A DNA stretch of 63,084 bases, filler included, from Sphacelaria rigidula (lineage: Eukaryota): NCBI GenBank assembly GCA_964200075.2. It is 8 parts of 8 records of this genome, joined end to end, with 100 filler letters (N's around TTAATTAATTAA, not from the genome) between each part and the next. Parts side by side here need not be neighbours in the genome. Positions count along the whole stretch, not along the records: positions 39,493 to 47,290 come from CAXNAA020013428.1; positions 47,391 to 55,187 come from CAXNAA020013429.1; positions 55,288 to 63,084 come from CAXNAA020013430.1; 5 more parts are not named here. The stretch is one strand, 5' to 3'. Of this stretch, positions 45,201 to 55,751 are shown piece after piece; within the stretch, counting starts at the first letter, position 1, and each line of letters opens with the position of its first letter. Below the pieces are notes generated by a model. That model saw only the letters and a list, made by a program, of their open reading frames with translations, was not told the origin of the DNA and ran no database searches. The translations under genes were made by a program, and so were the position numbers.

Positions 45201-46000
45201 GATTCATGATACGCGTTGATATCTCTCAGAACAGATAATGAGGAAAAGTACTGGAGGTAATGAATGCCCACGTTTTGAAAACACTACTCTCGTGACCGCG
45301 TTCAATGATCACTTTTCGGTAGATGGAGGAGGCCTGTTGTGTATCCTCACTATTCGTAATATGCGTACATTGCTGCTAGTTGGGGGGTCATATGCTCTCG
45401 AAGGTACGCAGCAGGTTCTAGAGGCCCTTGTCTTGGGCAGTCTTTTCGGAGATCGCCGAATATGTGGGCGCTTTCGCACCTGGCGGTTGGCCTTCTCCCA
45501 AAATGAAGCTGCTTTATTTTTTCGGTAAGCCTTCACTTTTGACGAACGCCAAATATGGCGAACCGCAGCTCAAAACTCCGCAGAACTGCCCTTGGTGCAC
45601 GTCGTGGTGCTCGCAAGCATGCGAGAGTCATCGGGAGCCTTGTTGTTGAAACCCCTGGCCATGTCGTCGCGGTATCTATATCCTTGGACCGTGTGGGCCC
45701 CGGCATCGGTGTCCGAGCTGTCGGGGCCGAGCACGGTGATCCTCGGTTGCAGACATGCACTTTCGAAGTTTGAAGCATGAACAATCCAGTGGCTACCGGC
45801 TTGCCTTCAGTGCTACTACGAGTGTACGCCGCCGCACCGTCTGAGAAGTGCAAGCTGGTGGTTCAATTGAGTGTATCTCCGCATACAACTCACAGAAGGG
45901 GAGCATGCTGCCAGATGTCCACGGGGCTTTCTACAGGAGGTATTTTCACTGATGTGTGCTGCTGCATCATCTCGAGAGAGCCGGTCGATCATGCCCTAGC
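42300..46000 (+). pseudogene. Decayed coding region, tentatively a KDZ/Zisupton-like transposase with a C-terminal Ulp1-like protease
   Basis: Broken + strand frames contain, in order, Cys clusters, KALDCSYG, GCTKRF...HAVMFSC, CFDVICTW, CHHDHSKLPC and later PGHVVAVSI...GACCQMS. Many stops and frameshifts; the assignment rests on weak motif resemblance. Confidence 0.3.
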
Positions 46001-46197
46001 CTGTTCGACTGCCCCCGCGTGTCACGAAGAGGTTGTGAGGGAGATGTTCACCACAATTACCACAATTATGAAAACTGAACACGGGCAGGCAGCATAACCC
46101 TTTCCCTTACTTTGCTGGTGAAGGCAAGCAAACGACGAGATCAGCACCAACTCAAACAAGATATCTAACAGCATCAGTAGACCCGAATAACGGGAAA

Positions 46198-46786
46198 CAG
46201 TGTGAACCAGAAGTGTGGGATGAACGATATCCGTAGGATGAGATCCTGAAAATTGAGAATCGCCACATCTCCTGCCAAACAAAACGGCATCCACCAATTT
46301 TTCTCCGGTACGTGTATAGTACCAACTACGAGCACGTCACAAAAAAATGAGGAAATGCGCTCAATTGTCGGGGTCCTCGAGCCAAAACCGTTTTGACATT
46401 TCCGTGCTAACGCGTGTGGGTGGAAATGTTGAAAAATCTGATTTTTGCTGGACCCTTGAACCGCGAGATTGGTCTTCTGTTGAATCGGCATCAATTTTAA
46501 GTGAGAGGAGTATGCATGATCCAGAGAGACTAATCTCGCGGTCCGATGCTCAACCATGCATTCGTTTTTTGCACTTGAAATTGATCCCGATTCAACACAA
46601 GATTAACCTCCTGGTCTAGGGGTCAAGGACCCTCAATTTCCTGTGATGCGCTCGTAGTTGGTACCACGAACGTACCGAAAGGAGTTTTGGTGGATGCCGT
46701 TTTGTTCCGCGGAAGATATTGCGATTTCCTAATTGCGGAATCTCACCCTACAGATATCATTCATCCTACACTCGTAGTTCACACTG
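46198..46786. mobile_element. MITE with ~155-bp imperfect TIRs (CAGTGTGAAC...GTTCACACTG) containing a nested piggyBac-MITE relative (~46452-46626)
   Basis: 46198-46352 is the reverse complement of 46631-46786 (AAAACGGCATCCACCAA / TTGGTGGATGCCGTTTT; GTACCAACTACGAGC / GCTCGTAGTTGGTAC). Confidence 0.8.
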
Positions 46787-47390
46787 TTGGAAAGCCTCAG
46801 GCAATTGCCGAAATTTCACATATATATTTTTTCATGTGTCAATAATGAAGGCCCCTACTGTACCCGTCTTCATCAGCCACCTGCCGCCGAGTCTAGCATT
46901 TCATTGACTCCTGCCAATTTGAAAACCGTCGGAACTGCTGCAGGACAAGATATCCAAATTCCATCCGGAGGATTTCGTGTACCCCCTCGGTGGACCCGAA
47001 GCTGATACCGTGAACGATGCCGGCCTCCAGTCCCGGCGGGTCGGCGTGAGCGAGCTGCCGGCGCTGGAAGGACAAGGGCTCTCCATGGTTCTGGTTAACA
47101 TCGAGGCTTGTGCCATCAACTTGGCTCATTCGCACCCCCGAGCGGCGCAGGCGAGTACTGCGCAATCAAGAGCTGGCGATGACACCGCAAACAGTGTTTT
47201 CGTAAGATTGAGAGTAGATGATACGATTGAAAGTGGCTTTGATCATTCGCTTTAAGTGAGTCATTTTTTATTCCACGTGTGCTTTTCTTTNNNNNNNNNN
47301 NNNNNNNNNNNNNNNNNNNNNNNNNNNNNNNNNNTTAATTAATTAANNNNNNNNNNNNNNNNNNNNNNNNNNNNNNNNNNNNNNNNNNNN

Positions 47391-49157
47391 CGAGACCTCC
47401 AGCGCGCCAAGGCGTCGCGCTTGTAGAAAACATCAAAGTCCCGGCTGAGGCTTTTGTAGTCTAAAAGCAAGTGAACCGGTTCTCGACAGAAAAACGCGAT
47501 TTCACTGCTCAATTTGAAGTTGTTTTTCATAAATTTTTGACACGATATACATATAGGGTAAACGTGAAGCCCCTACCGTTTGCCCCTTTTTCTTATTTTC
47601 CTCGTATCTTATTGGTGATCTAAATTTCGGAACATTTTTCCTGGTACAAAAGCATCGACAACATACCTCATGCGCATCGTGTCGGAATTCCGTGAAATAA
47701 TACTTGAAATTGAACAGCATAACCGCGTTTCATTTTTTCGTGGCTGGTTCATCTCTACATAGGAACCAGCTTTGGACACGAACACGCGATGTAGCAGTTT
47801 AGTTTCTGGTGGTTTTCTATGAAAGCCTTGACACGGTGTACAGGATGTATGTGCGAAGACGCCCCCATTTGCCCCGTACATTTTTATTATTTTCCTCCGT
47901 GAGTTATCGGCGACCAAACATTTCACAACATTAAAAAAAAAAATGAATATCTCCAAAAAAAAATGTACGGGGCAAATGGGGGCGTCTTCGCACATACGTC
48001 CTGAACATTGTGTCAGAATTTCATAGAAAACGACCCAAAATTGAGATGCTAAATCGCGTGTTCACATCCCTGTTCGCGTCTTGGGCGGCGCAGCCTGTAG
48101 TCGATAAATCCAATCAACCCAATTTTGGAGTTTGTGTACAACCCTAGCTTCGACCCTGAAAAGGTGATGATGAAATTTTTTTCAGTGTGGAATTTCTACG
48201 AGTGCCGTTACCGGATTTTCTCCCTTCCATTCTGTTACTGAAACGCAAAAAAGCTCTTTCCGAAACTCTATTATACTACTGTAAGGTGGTGCGTGAACAT
48301 GCAATAAGCGGGATGTTGCACACAGGAATTTCACGCACGCTACGCAAGATTACGAAATGCCAACCCCGGAAGGTTCTGGAGGGTTTTCGCACGATGCAGG
48401 ATGCTTTCAAAAATCTCCATACTTTTGCAGTAAGGCACACCACGGGAGCATTTTCAGCAGCCGAGGCTCAAGCGAGGGAAACACGGGGGCCGGGTACTGC
48501 ACTGACTATCGATGGGAGTTCAGGATATACCGCACAGAGGTGAAACAGCTTGCGCTGCCATACGTGCGTGTGCCGATAACAAAACGCAGCCAGTTTCTTC
48601 TGCCCAGGACATACTACAATAGTCCAGCTATTGTCCTACAGTATAGTCGGCGTAATACGTTATGAGACAGATGACAATGCGCGTTGTGGGTCTGTCCTAT
48701 CACCCGAAGCATCGGGTATGATAAAGCTTCACATCGTGTAAGTACCTGTGACCGGAAGTACAGTATCAGTTGCGCATTGTTGCGGGTTAGGTTGCTTCTA
48801 TTATGAGTTTGCCTGTATCTATACAGGCACAATTGAAAAAAGTGCGAAAAAGTTGAGCTACGGTGGACAGATTGGGCAGCAACCAAACCACGACTTTCGA
48901 GAACACGCTGATGTAGTCGTAAGCGGTAGAACCAGCCTCGCGCAAGCCACGCGGCGTAGGCGGTATAAGGATCTTGCGAACGGGTTTTGGTCAGTTGGAC
49001 GAACTCGCCCGTTAGGGTTGTTAGAGCTGATAACTAAGAGCTATCTAACCCGTAAATGCTTCCTTTATACCCTTACATTACTGCTTCTTTTATCCGAAGT
49101 CTTCTGCATCTGTATCTCCAACCTCTCCAGTTCTTTGGCGGCCGCCTCCAGTGACAT
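47391..49157 (-). CDS. Unknown protein, 5' part (candidate exons 49157-49077, 48972-~48895, 47460-47391)
   Basis: AAC ATG start MSLEAAAKELERLEIQMQKTSDKRSSN|GTAAGG; AG|ILIPPTPRGLREAGSTAYDYISVFSK; TAG|(D)YKSLSRDFDVFYKRDALARWRS at the contig edge. The phase between the last two candidates is unresolved. Confidence 0.4.
47776..48065. repeat. Inverted repeat with ~110-bp arms
   Basis: TATGTGCGAAGACGCCCCCATTTGCCCCGTACATTTTT is the exact reverse complement of AAAAATGTACGGGGCAAATGGGGGCGTCTTCGCACATA; outer arms imperfect. Confidence 0.85.
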
Positions 49158-49766
49158 GTTACCTCTGCTTGTGCCGTGGCAAGCCCTGTGTTGCCGTGTT
49201 GCCGTGTTGCTGTTGGCGGGTACGCTGCGCCTCCGACAATAGAGTATGACGAAAATGTATACTAATTCCCAAAGATAGGATCCAATCTAGTCGTCAGTAC
49301 CCGTTGGCCTCAGCAGACAGCAGACAAGATACGAGTGACAGCGCATCGATATATGCTAGGTCAAACTTGTTGGCTCCATCGCACTCAAGGTGGAAGTATC
49401 TGCTGTGAGGGGGGTGCATCTGCGTTGATATTAAATCCCGAACGAAATCGTTTTCACCTTTCTTTCTTGCATTGTGAAACCGTCGAAATTACCCCTGTAT
49501 ATCGACGAAGATATCAATCAAGAGCGTCACCGCCATCGGTGACGAGAGTACTGGATCCTCGCTCATCGTGTACTTGTACCGTATACATTTTGCAGTACTA
49601 TGTGTGTTTTCTAGTATTTAATTCAATGTTTTGGTATCTAGTCTATGCTGCATTTTACAGCGCAAAGGCCTGGAATCCTACGATAATACAGTACAGTACC
49701 GTACCGCGATCAAGTTCAAATCCGCAATATCCAAACCGGTAGACGGGAGCAAGGGAGGGCGGGATT

Positions 49767-50453
49767 TTGACAGACACGCTGCCTGTGGACATGTCATTGC
49801 CTGGAGTGCACGGCGATCATTGCAATGACCTCGGCCGAGCCTTTGTCTCCATGACACCTGCAGAAAACAATGCCAACAACCTTCTCAACCCCAACAATAG
49901 CAACGTAGATTACACCAGCTACAACGATGACAGGGGCAAAAATGGCGGGGCCACGGCAAACAATGGGGAGGATCGTGCCCAGACAAGGCATGATCACCCC
50001 GCGGCCGCAACATCCTCAGGACCATCGGGGCCGGGGCCAAATCTAACAGCGGGTTCGTCCGCCGTCAATAACGACAAGCGATTTGCTACGGCATACGGCA
50101 CAGTGATGTGGCCCACATTACCTGGGGTAACAGCTTCTTCCGAGACGCTAGCGCCCGCGGCAGAACCGCCGTCGTCGGCAGAGATGCTGCCTGCATCGGT
50201 TAGATCGGCACTGGCGGCAGCTACTAGGCCACAAGAGGGGGGCGAAGGAGGTGAAGCGGGCGTTTTGGACCTTGCTGCACGGCCCATTAGGAGCGATGCT
50301 TGGTCTGTGAAGCCATCTCCTTTGCTGAAAGGAGAGGCGCGCGGAAATATGGCTGGAAGGCCAGGAGTGGTGGGAGGAGCGAAGCGGAGAGGTGTCCCGA
50401 AACCTAATGTGGGTGCTGAATCGCCTAGATTTTTGTCGCGTGGCAACGCGTGA
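49767..50453 (+). CDS. Low-complexity ORF, probable upstream exon of the Zn2Cys6 gene
   Basis: 228-codon open frame rich in Ala/Gly/Asn/Pro, same strand and ~1 kb upstream of the Zn-cluster exon, ending in a basic stretch (AKRRG) near candidate donors; boundaries uncertain. Confidence 0.4.
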   Translation: MTDTLPVDMSLPGVHGDHCNDLGRAFVSMTPAENNANNLLNPNNSNVDYTSYNDDRGKNGGATANNGEDRAQTRHDHPAAATSSGPSGPGPNLTAGSSAVNNDKRFATAYGTVMWPTLPGVTASSETLAPAAEPPSSAEMLPASVRSALAAATRPQEGGEGGEAGVLDLAARPIRSDAWSVKPSPLLKGEARGNMAGRPGVVGGAKRRGVPKPNVGAESPRFLSRGNA

Positions 50454-51393
50454 GGAACCCGGGGGTGTGGCTGCGATCTGGTGCGCCTGTGTAACATGTA
50501 GTCCTGCTGGTGGGTACGAGCTCTTGTCTTTGTAGCCCAGCAGATCTGAAGCTTTTTCTTGTCAACTACCGGGTTGGATTGTATGGCAATAGTAGTACGC
50601 GAAGATTTGTGTAAGATTTCACGCATGACCGCGTGCCGTTATGTACCCTGCACATGCAGAACGTGCTGCGTCCTCCCTTGCTTCGGGAAGTACCAGTATT
50701 ACTGTAGGACCCTTCCATTCAAGTTCTCTTCGTTCTCTCCGAGCGCAGCGTACTATTCTCGAGAACTCGCAGATGTTGGATGTTTCTAGTGTTTTTTACC
50801 CACCGAAGACGCAGCGAGAAATACGATACTGCCAAGTGATGATCAAATGGGAGCAATCGCAGGATGTACAGTAGGTTCCGAAGAGCAAGATAGGATTATC
50901 CTGATACTCTCATGACGGGGCATGGGAACATTCCGGGACGGCTCTATCGACGAGGTAGGGCAGTTGCTGTCCTGTATCAGTCCGACCCGAAGGTCAGCAC
51001 CGGTTGTGGTGTTTGGAGTTCCTCACAGACTGCATGTCCCTAGATTCGTCAACAATGTTGTTGCCCGTCTGCATGTACCACATCTCCTTCGATTCCCTTC
51101 GATGAATACGATGTCCCAGTCTCTGAAAGGGGTGAAGCATCACGGAATAATGCCAGGTTGGTGGCATATATTGAGGTGCAGATCATTTCGGGATAATATA
51201 GAGTTCTCCAGCTGCACCATGAACTCCAATGTGGTAAGATTTCCTCCCTAGCAATGGCATTGAATCCGAGCATCGACGGTATGACACGCGCTTGGTCAAG
51301 TAATTAAAGCGCACTTACAGCAAGGTAGCAACGGTAAAACCGCTCGCATCCCGTACTCGTTATTTCGTTTTCAATCCTCCCCACATGTTATAA

Positions 51394-53814
51394 ATGAAAA
51401 GCAGACGTCTCCCTTCGTCTTCCTCAACTCGGTACTCTGCATGCAATGTTGCGTTGTATTGCACCCGCGAAAAACTGCAGCAGCGACGCAGTACTCCTAC
51501 ACACTACACCTTGAACGTGCAACCGCCCGTGCTGCGGGCCGCGTGCGACGCTTGCCACCGCATGAAGCGCAAGTGTGACGGCAAGCAGCCGTGTACGCGC
51601 TGCCACCGGCGCAACCGCGACTGCGCCTACAGCTGCAAACAAAAGTCTGGTCCACCCAAGGGTAGCAAGCGAAAGCTATTGGAGGTCGAGGACGACCTAC
51701 CAGAGAACAGAAATCCCCTCAAGATCCGGGACGAGGAAGAAGGACACGAACAGATCACCAGCACTAACAAAATTTGCACCCCTACCATCAGCAGCGACAA
51801 CTGCAGCAGCAGCCATTCGAAAACCGGCTCAGAAAAATCTACGCGCCATCCCCTCAGCACGTGGCCTACAGAGGGCGACGAGGAAACCGAAGAAACATGG
51901 TCAAAAGGAGAAGAAGAGGAGGAAGAAGAAGAGGAGGAAGAGGGAGAGGAGGAAGAGGAAGGTGATGGGGGAGGGGAAGAAAACGACAACGACAACGACC
52001 ACGAGGAGATGCTTGTCGATGTGGTGGCCAACGATGACCCCAACACAACCCCTGTACCCGCCGCAGAAATCCCTCCCTCCACGATCGTGATGCCCATCCA
52101 ACAACAACACATGGTACCATCGGCGATGGCACCGGCGGTAGGACCATCTCCGGAGGCAATGGCCGCTGCCGCCGCCGCTGTCGCCGTTTGCCGCATGAAC
52201 GCCTCATTTTCCCAACACCTACCTCCGGTCCTAGCGGCGGCAGGGATGAACCCCCAGTTCATGACCCCAAGCGGACCAGGATCGCTTCTTCCCGGGGTCA
52301 ACGGCGGTGTAGTACGGGGTGGCGTCCCGGGGGGAATGGTAGTAACTCACGGTCATCCCTCGCACCCGCAGTATGGCGCGATGTACCAGCAATATCCTCC
52401 AGAGCTGTACGCGATGTACCTAGCCGAGCTTCGCCAACGCGGCGGGGGCGGCAGCGTGCCCCTTTTCGCCGGGTTTGTGAAGCCCGAGACTGGTGCCCAG
52501 AACCAGAGCAGCGTGTCCGCGCTCCAGTCACATGCATCCAATTTGGCGCACGTAGCGGGTACAACACATGGGGTACTTCCACCCGGCGCTCTCCAACTTG
52601 TAGCTTCCTCAGCTCCAACTCCGACGTCCACCGTTTCCAACTTCTGCACTGAGGCCACAGCAGCAGCAAAGAACGGGCTGCCCTCCTCCGCCCCTGCTTC
52701 CTCCAACTGCTCCGGCGGCGGCAGCGGTGGTGTCAGCAACTTGGCACATGCCTCTCCCACCTCGGGATCCGAGCTCCTGCTGCCCGAGGCGGTAACCTGG
52801 GTGGAACAACTGAAGCAAGCCGACGCGCCGCAACCGGGGCCCACAGCGCCAGGGTCTTCTTCATCATCTTCGCACACGCTGTTGGAGAGAGATCCTACTT
52901 GCGCTAGCACCGACGGTATCGACATCGATAGCTCGACCCCCGGGGTTGGGAATAGCACAAACGGCGGCGGCGGCAGCGGCGGCGGTGGCGGTGGAGGTGA
53001 ATCGGCGGTGGCTGCCGCCGCTGCTGCGTCAGCCCTTGCAGCGGCAGTAGCCGCGGCGATAGGGGGCGAAGCTTGCACAGAAGTCAACGCCACCGCCGCC
53101 ACCGATGGCAGCGGCGGAAGCGGAAGCGGAGGTAGTGGGTCTCACGCTACTGGATCTCCGGACGTATCCGCACCGTTGGCTCCATTGGTGGCGGCGGCTA
53201 CGGTTGCGCAGACGTCACCGCCGCGGTCTGCACAGGTGTCTGCGCCATCAAGCGGGGCGTTCATGGGCGGCGTATGGCCAGCGCCTCCTGAGACCGGTGC
53301 GAAACAAGGTGTGTCCGTCTCCGCCGTTTCTGCTGGCTCGCCCGTGAAAAGTGGCAACGTCCACAGCGGGGGAGAAGCAGCGGGTCATGACATCGCAGGG
53401 AATCTAGTTACGTCTGTCGCGTCGTTGGGGCAACAGCAACCCCACCCCCACCATCTGCAGCGACAACACCAGCAACATCAACAACAACAGCAACAACCGG
53501 ACGATTCGAGAACCGACAACGGGGGTCCGGATAGAGCAAGGGAAAACGCGCTCGTTGGTGTGAGTTTACCGTCGTTTAACAGCAGGGTTGAAGGCGAACG
53601 TTCGACTACAATGAGCGAGTTCACAAGAGGTACTCCTACCAACAGCACGCGGGATGACAGGGAAACGCCCTATCAAGGAGCAGTAATGCAAGGCGATCAT
53701 CACTACAACCCGCATCAACACAGCGCTTCCGCGATATATAGCAACGAAACGGTGAAGGTGAGATGTTCAAGGACAGGGAAGGTGGGAAGAATATCCTCGG
53801 GATATAAGCCTTAG
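51394..53814 (+). CDS. Zn(II)2Cys6 (GAL4-type zinc cluster) transcription factor, large exon
   Basis: LRAACDACHRMKRKCDGKQPCTRCHRRNRDCAY = C-x2-C-x6-C-x5-C-x2-C-x6-C (nt ~51544-51624), then KSGPPKGSKRK, an acidic tract and Ala/Gly/Ser/Gln low complexity in an 806-codon frame. The real exon probably starts at an acceptor near 51481-51484 and may end at AAG|GTGAGA (53757). Confidence 0.9.
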   Translation: MKSRRLPSSSSTRYSACNVALYCTREKLQQRRSTPTHYTLNVQPPVLRAACDACHRMKRKCDGKQPCTRCHRRNRDCAYSCKQKSGPPKGSKRKLLEVEDDLPENRNPLKIRDEEEGHEQITSTNKICTPTISSDNCSSSHSKTGSEKSTRHPLSTWPTEGDEETEETWSKGEEEEEEEEEEEGEEEEEGDGGGEENDNDNDHEEMLVDVVANDDPNTTPVPAAEIPPSTIVMPIQQQHMVPSAMAPAVGPSPEAMAAAAAAVAVCRMNASFSQHLPPVLAAAGMNPQFMTPSGPGSLLPGVNGGVVRGGVPGGMVVTHGHPSHPQYGAMYQQYPPELYAMYLAELRQRGGGGSVPLFAGFVKPETGAQNQSSVSALQSHASNLAHVAGTTHGVLPPGALQLVASSAPTPTSTVSNFCTEATAAAKNGLPSSAPASSNCSGGGSGGVSNLAHASPTSGSELLLPEAVTWVEQLKQADAPQPGPTAPGSSSSSSHTLLERDPTCASTDGIDIDSSTPGVGNSTNGGGGSGGGGGGGESAVAAAAAASALAAAVAAAIGGEACTEVNATAATDGSGGSGSGGSGSHATGSPDVSAPLAPLVAAATVAQTSPPRSAQVSAPSSGAFMGGVWPAPPETGAKQGVSVSAVSAGSPVKSGNVHSGGEAAGHDIAGNLVTSVASLGQQQPHPHHLQRQHQQHQQQQQQPDDSRTDNGGPDRARENALVGVSLPSFNSRVEGERSTTMSEFTRGTPTNSTRDDRETPYQGAVMQGDHHYNPHQHSASAIYSNETVKVRCSRTGKVGRISSGYKP

Positions 53815-55556
53815 CGCTATTCGTCCCGGGCCGGGTACGTCACTTTTCGGGATCATGGTCCCCGGCGTGCAACTTCAAAACGAAGACATAATTCCGGCAT
53901 TTCCCATCATCACCATCACCATCTGCTTTTGAGGGCAGCACAGAACCCCTTGTTCGTCGATTAGAACCAAGCCAAGACAGACAAACGCACGATCATCCCA
54001 TCCATTGCAACTTTTGTCAGCGCTTCACTATGACGCGATAACAAATGGTATCGCCGACTTTGCTGCTGGTCACACGAGTTGTGGAGACCTTACCAAGTAC
54101 TCAAGGGCTGTTGGGGATACCCAGCAAGAAGATCCCGCTCGCGGTGTAACCAAGACGATGGGTGTCGAGATCCAGCCAGGCACAAAGCGAGCTCGTGTGC
54201 TTTAAACTCCCCTACTATGCTAGGGATTGATGGCACGAGAAATAGAAATTTGTGATTTTGGCATGTAGGTATATTTCTCAGGCAACTGCGTTGATCACAC
54301 GCACGGTCAGCTCCGTTGTACAGTTTCAATCGGGCGTCCATGCAGTCTGTCCGCGCTGTCACCCAAAGACCGTGCCAGGTGCATCCTACCCGATTTTTTC
54401 ACCGTGTCTATATAGCAACACGATGCAGACTCGGAGGTGGACTATTAATATTATCGTTTGATCAGACGTTAACCGGATATAGTGAAAACGTTTCTGTTCT
54501 TGTAATATATCAGTATACAGCATGGTCCCAATGACAAAATCAGAACGGCGCAAAGAAGACGCAACACTGTAGTACACTGCGTTCCCTCGGGCATGAAAAA
54601 GGGCAGAACGTGCGTGTGTGGGGGGGGGGGGGGATGGGGGGTCGGGGGCAAACCACTGCAAAGAAACGAACATTCCACCGTCGATAACGACTCGTTGCCC
54701 GAGAAATGAAAACTTTTCCGAATCTCGACAAGTTACCTCCCAGCAAACGACTCTTTAGCGCCCTCGTGCCTGCCAAATAGGTACCTGTTCGATGCTGCCG
54801 TACTGTACACACATTACATGTGCCATCCGATGCTTCGCGCAGGATATCGAACCACAACAGCATCAACAACAGCAACAGCACCAGCAACAGCATGCGACAG
54901 CCCCTTCACTCTAAGGTGGGGCAAGCGCCCATACACTGCTTACCTCCCCAGATGATTCAGTCTCCTACCTCGTCTTCGAGAAGATGACACTGACTGGACA
55001 TCATCCGTCACATCAGTTGGGCTGCGGAAAGAAGGCAGGAGAGGTACAAGAGACGTTGACGAGAGGCGACGGAAGTGGACACTCGGCGGAGATTCGTGGG
55101 GGCAATTCAGGCAAATAGATACTACGAAGTACAGTAGTATACAATTAGGAGCGTGATACCAGGGATACGTCTAGGGTAGGGGGGGGGNNNNNNNNNNNNN
55201 NNNNNNNNNNNNNNNNNNNNNNNNNNNNNNNTTAATTAATTAANNNNNNNNNNNNNNNNNNNNNNNNNNNNNNNNNNNNNNNNNNNNACTCAACTCCCAT
55301 ATTCCCCCCCTCTCAACTCAACCCCAATGCCTCCCCCATTCCCCAACCTCCCCCCAGCCCCCCCCCCCCCCCCCCGCGCTCGCGCTTCTATTCTAAATAT
55401 CAGAGGGCGAGCCACCACTTCACTCAACACAACCGATTACGGCAAAGCTCTTCACCTCAGTGTTATACCGAGCCATGACTGTGACGTTAGGGTTTACCAC
55501 CACGTTCAGAAATGCTACACAATTGTCCCTAGCCTGGACAGTGTACAAGTTCATGT

Positions 55557-55751
55557 TTAGTTCATGATCTTATTGTCACTGAGCTTGATAAGAAGGGTCT
55601 CCGGCAGCCACAGCTGCAGTACGGCTTCAAATTCCTCGATTGCTTCGGAGCTGAGGACATCGCGATACGAGTGTAACACCGTACCGGGGTGCTCGTCGAT
55701 GCCTTTGGTATGAAAGCTGAAGTCGTGTCGCACGGCAGCGTCTGTGGCGGT
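55557..55751 (-). CDS. Terminal exon, sulfotransferase-like C-terminus
   Basis: CAG|TATDAAVRHDFSFHTKGIDEHPGTVLHSYRDVLSSEAIEEFEAVLQLWLPETLLIKL...stop; the G...SYRD.LS.E.I pattern resembles the C-terminal cap of PAPS-dependent sulfotransferases. Upstream exons not found. Confidence 0.45.
   Translation of the reverse strand, partial: TATDAAVRHDFSFHTKGIDEHPGTVLHSYRDVLSSEAIEEFEAVLQLWLPETLLIKLSDNKIMN

Noticed and set aside
51627..53102. Antisense ORFs of 224 and 249 aa (likewise 33261-33965, 16627-17301, 19400-19852)
   Set aside because: Shadow frames of GC-rich, low-complexity coding exons on the opposite strand.
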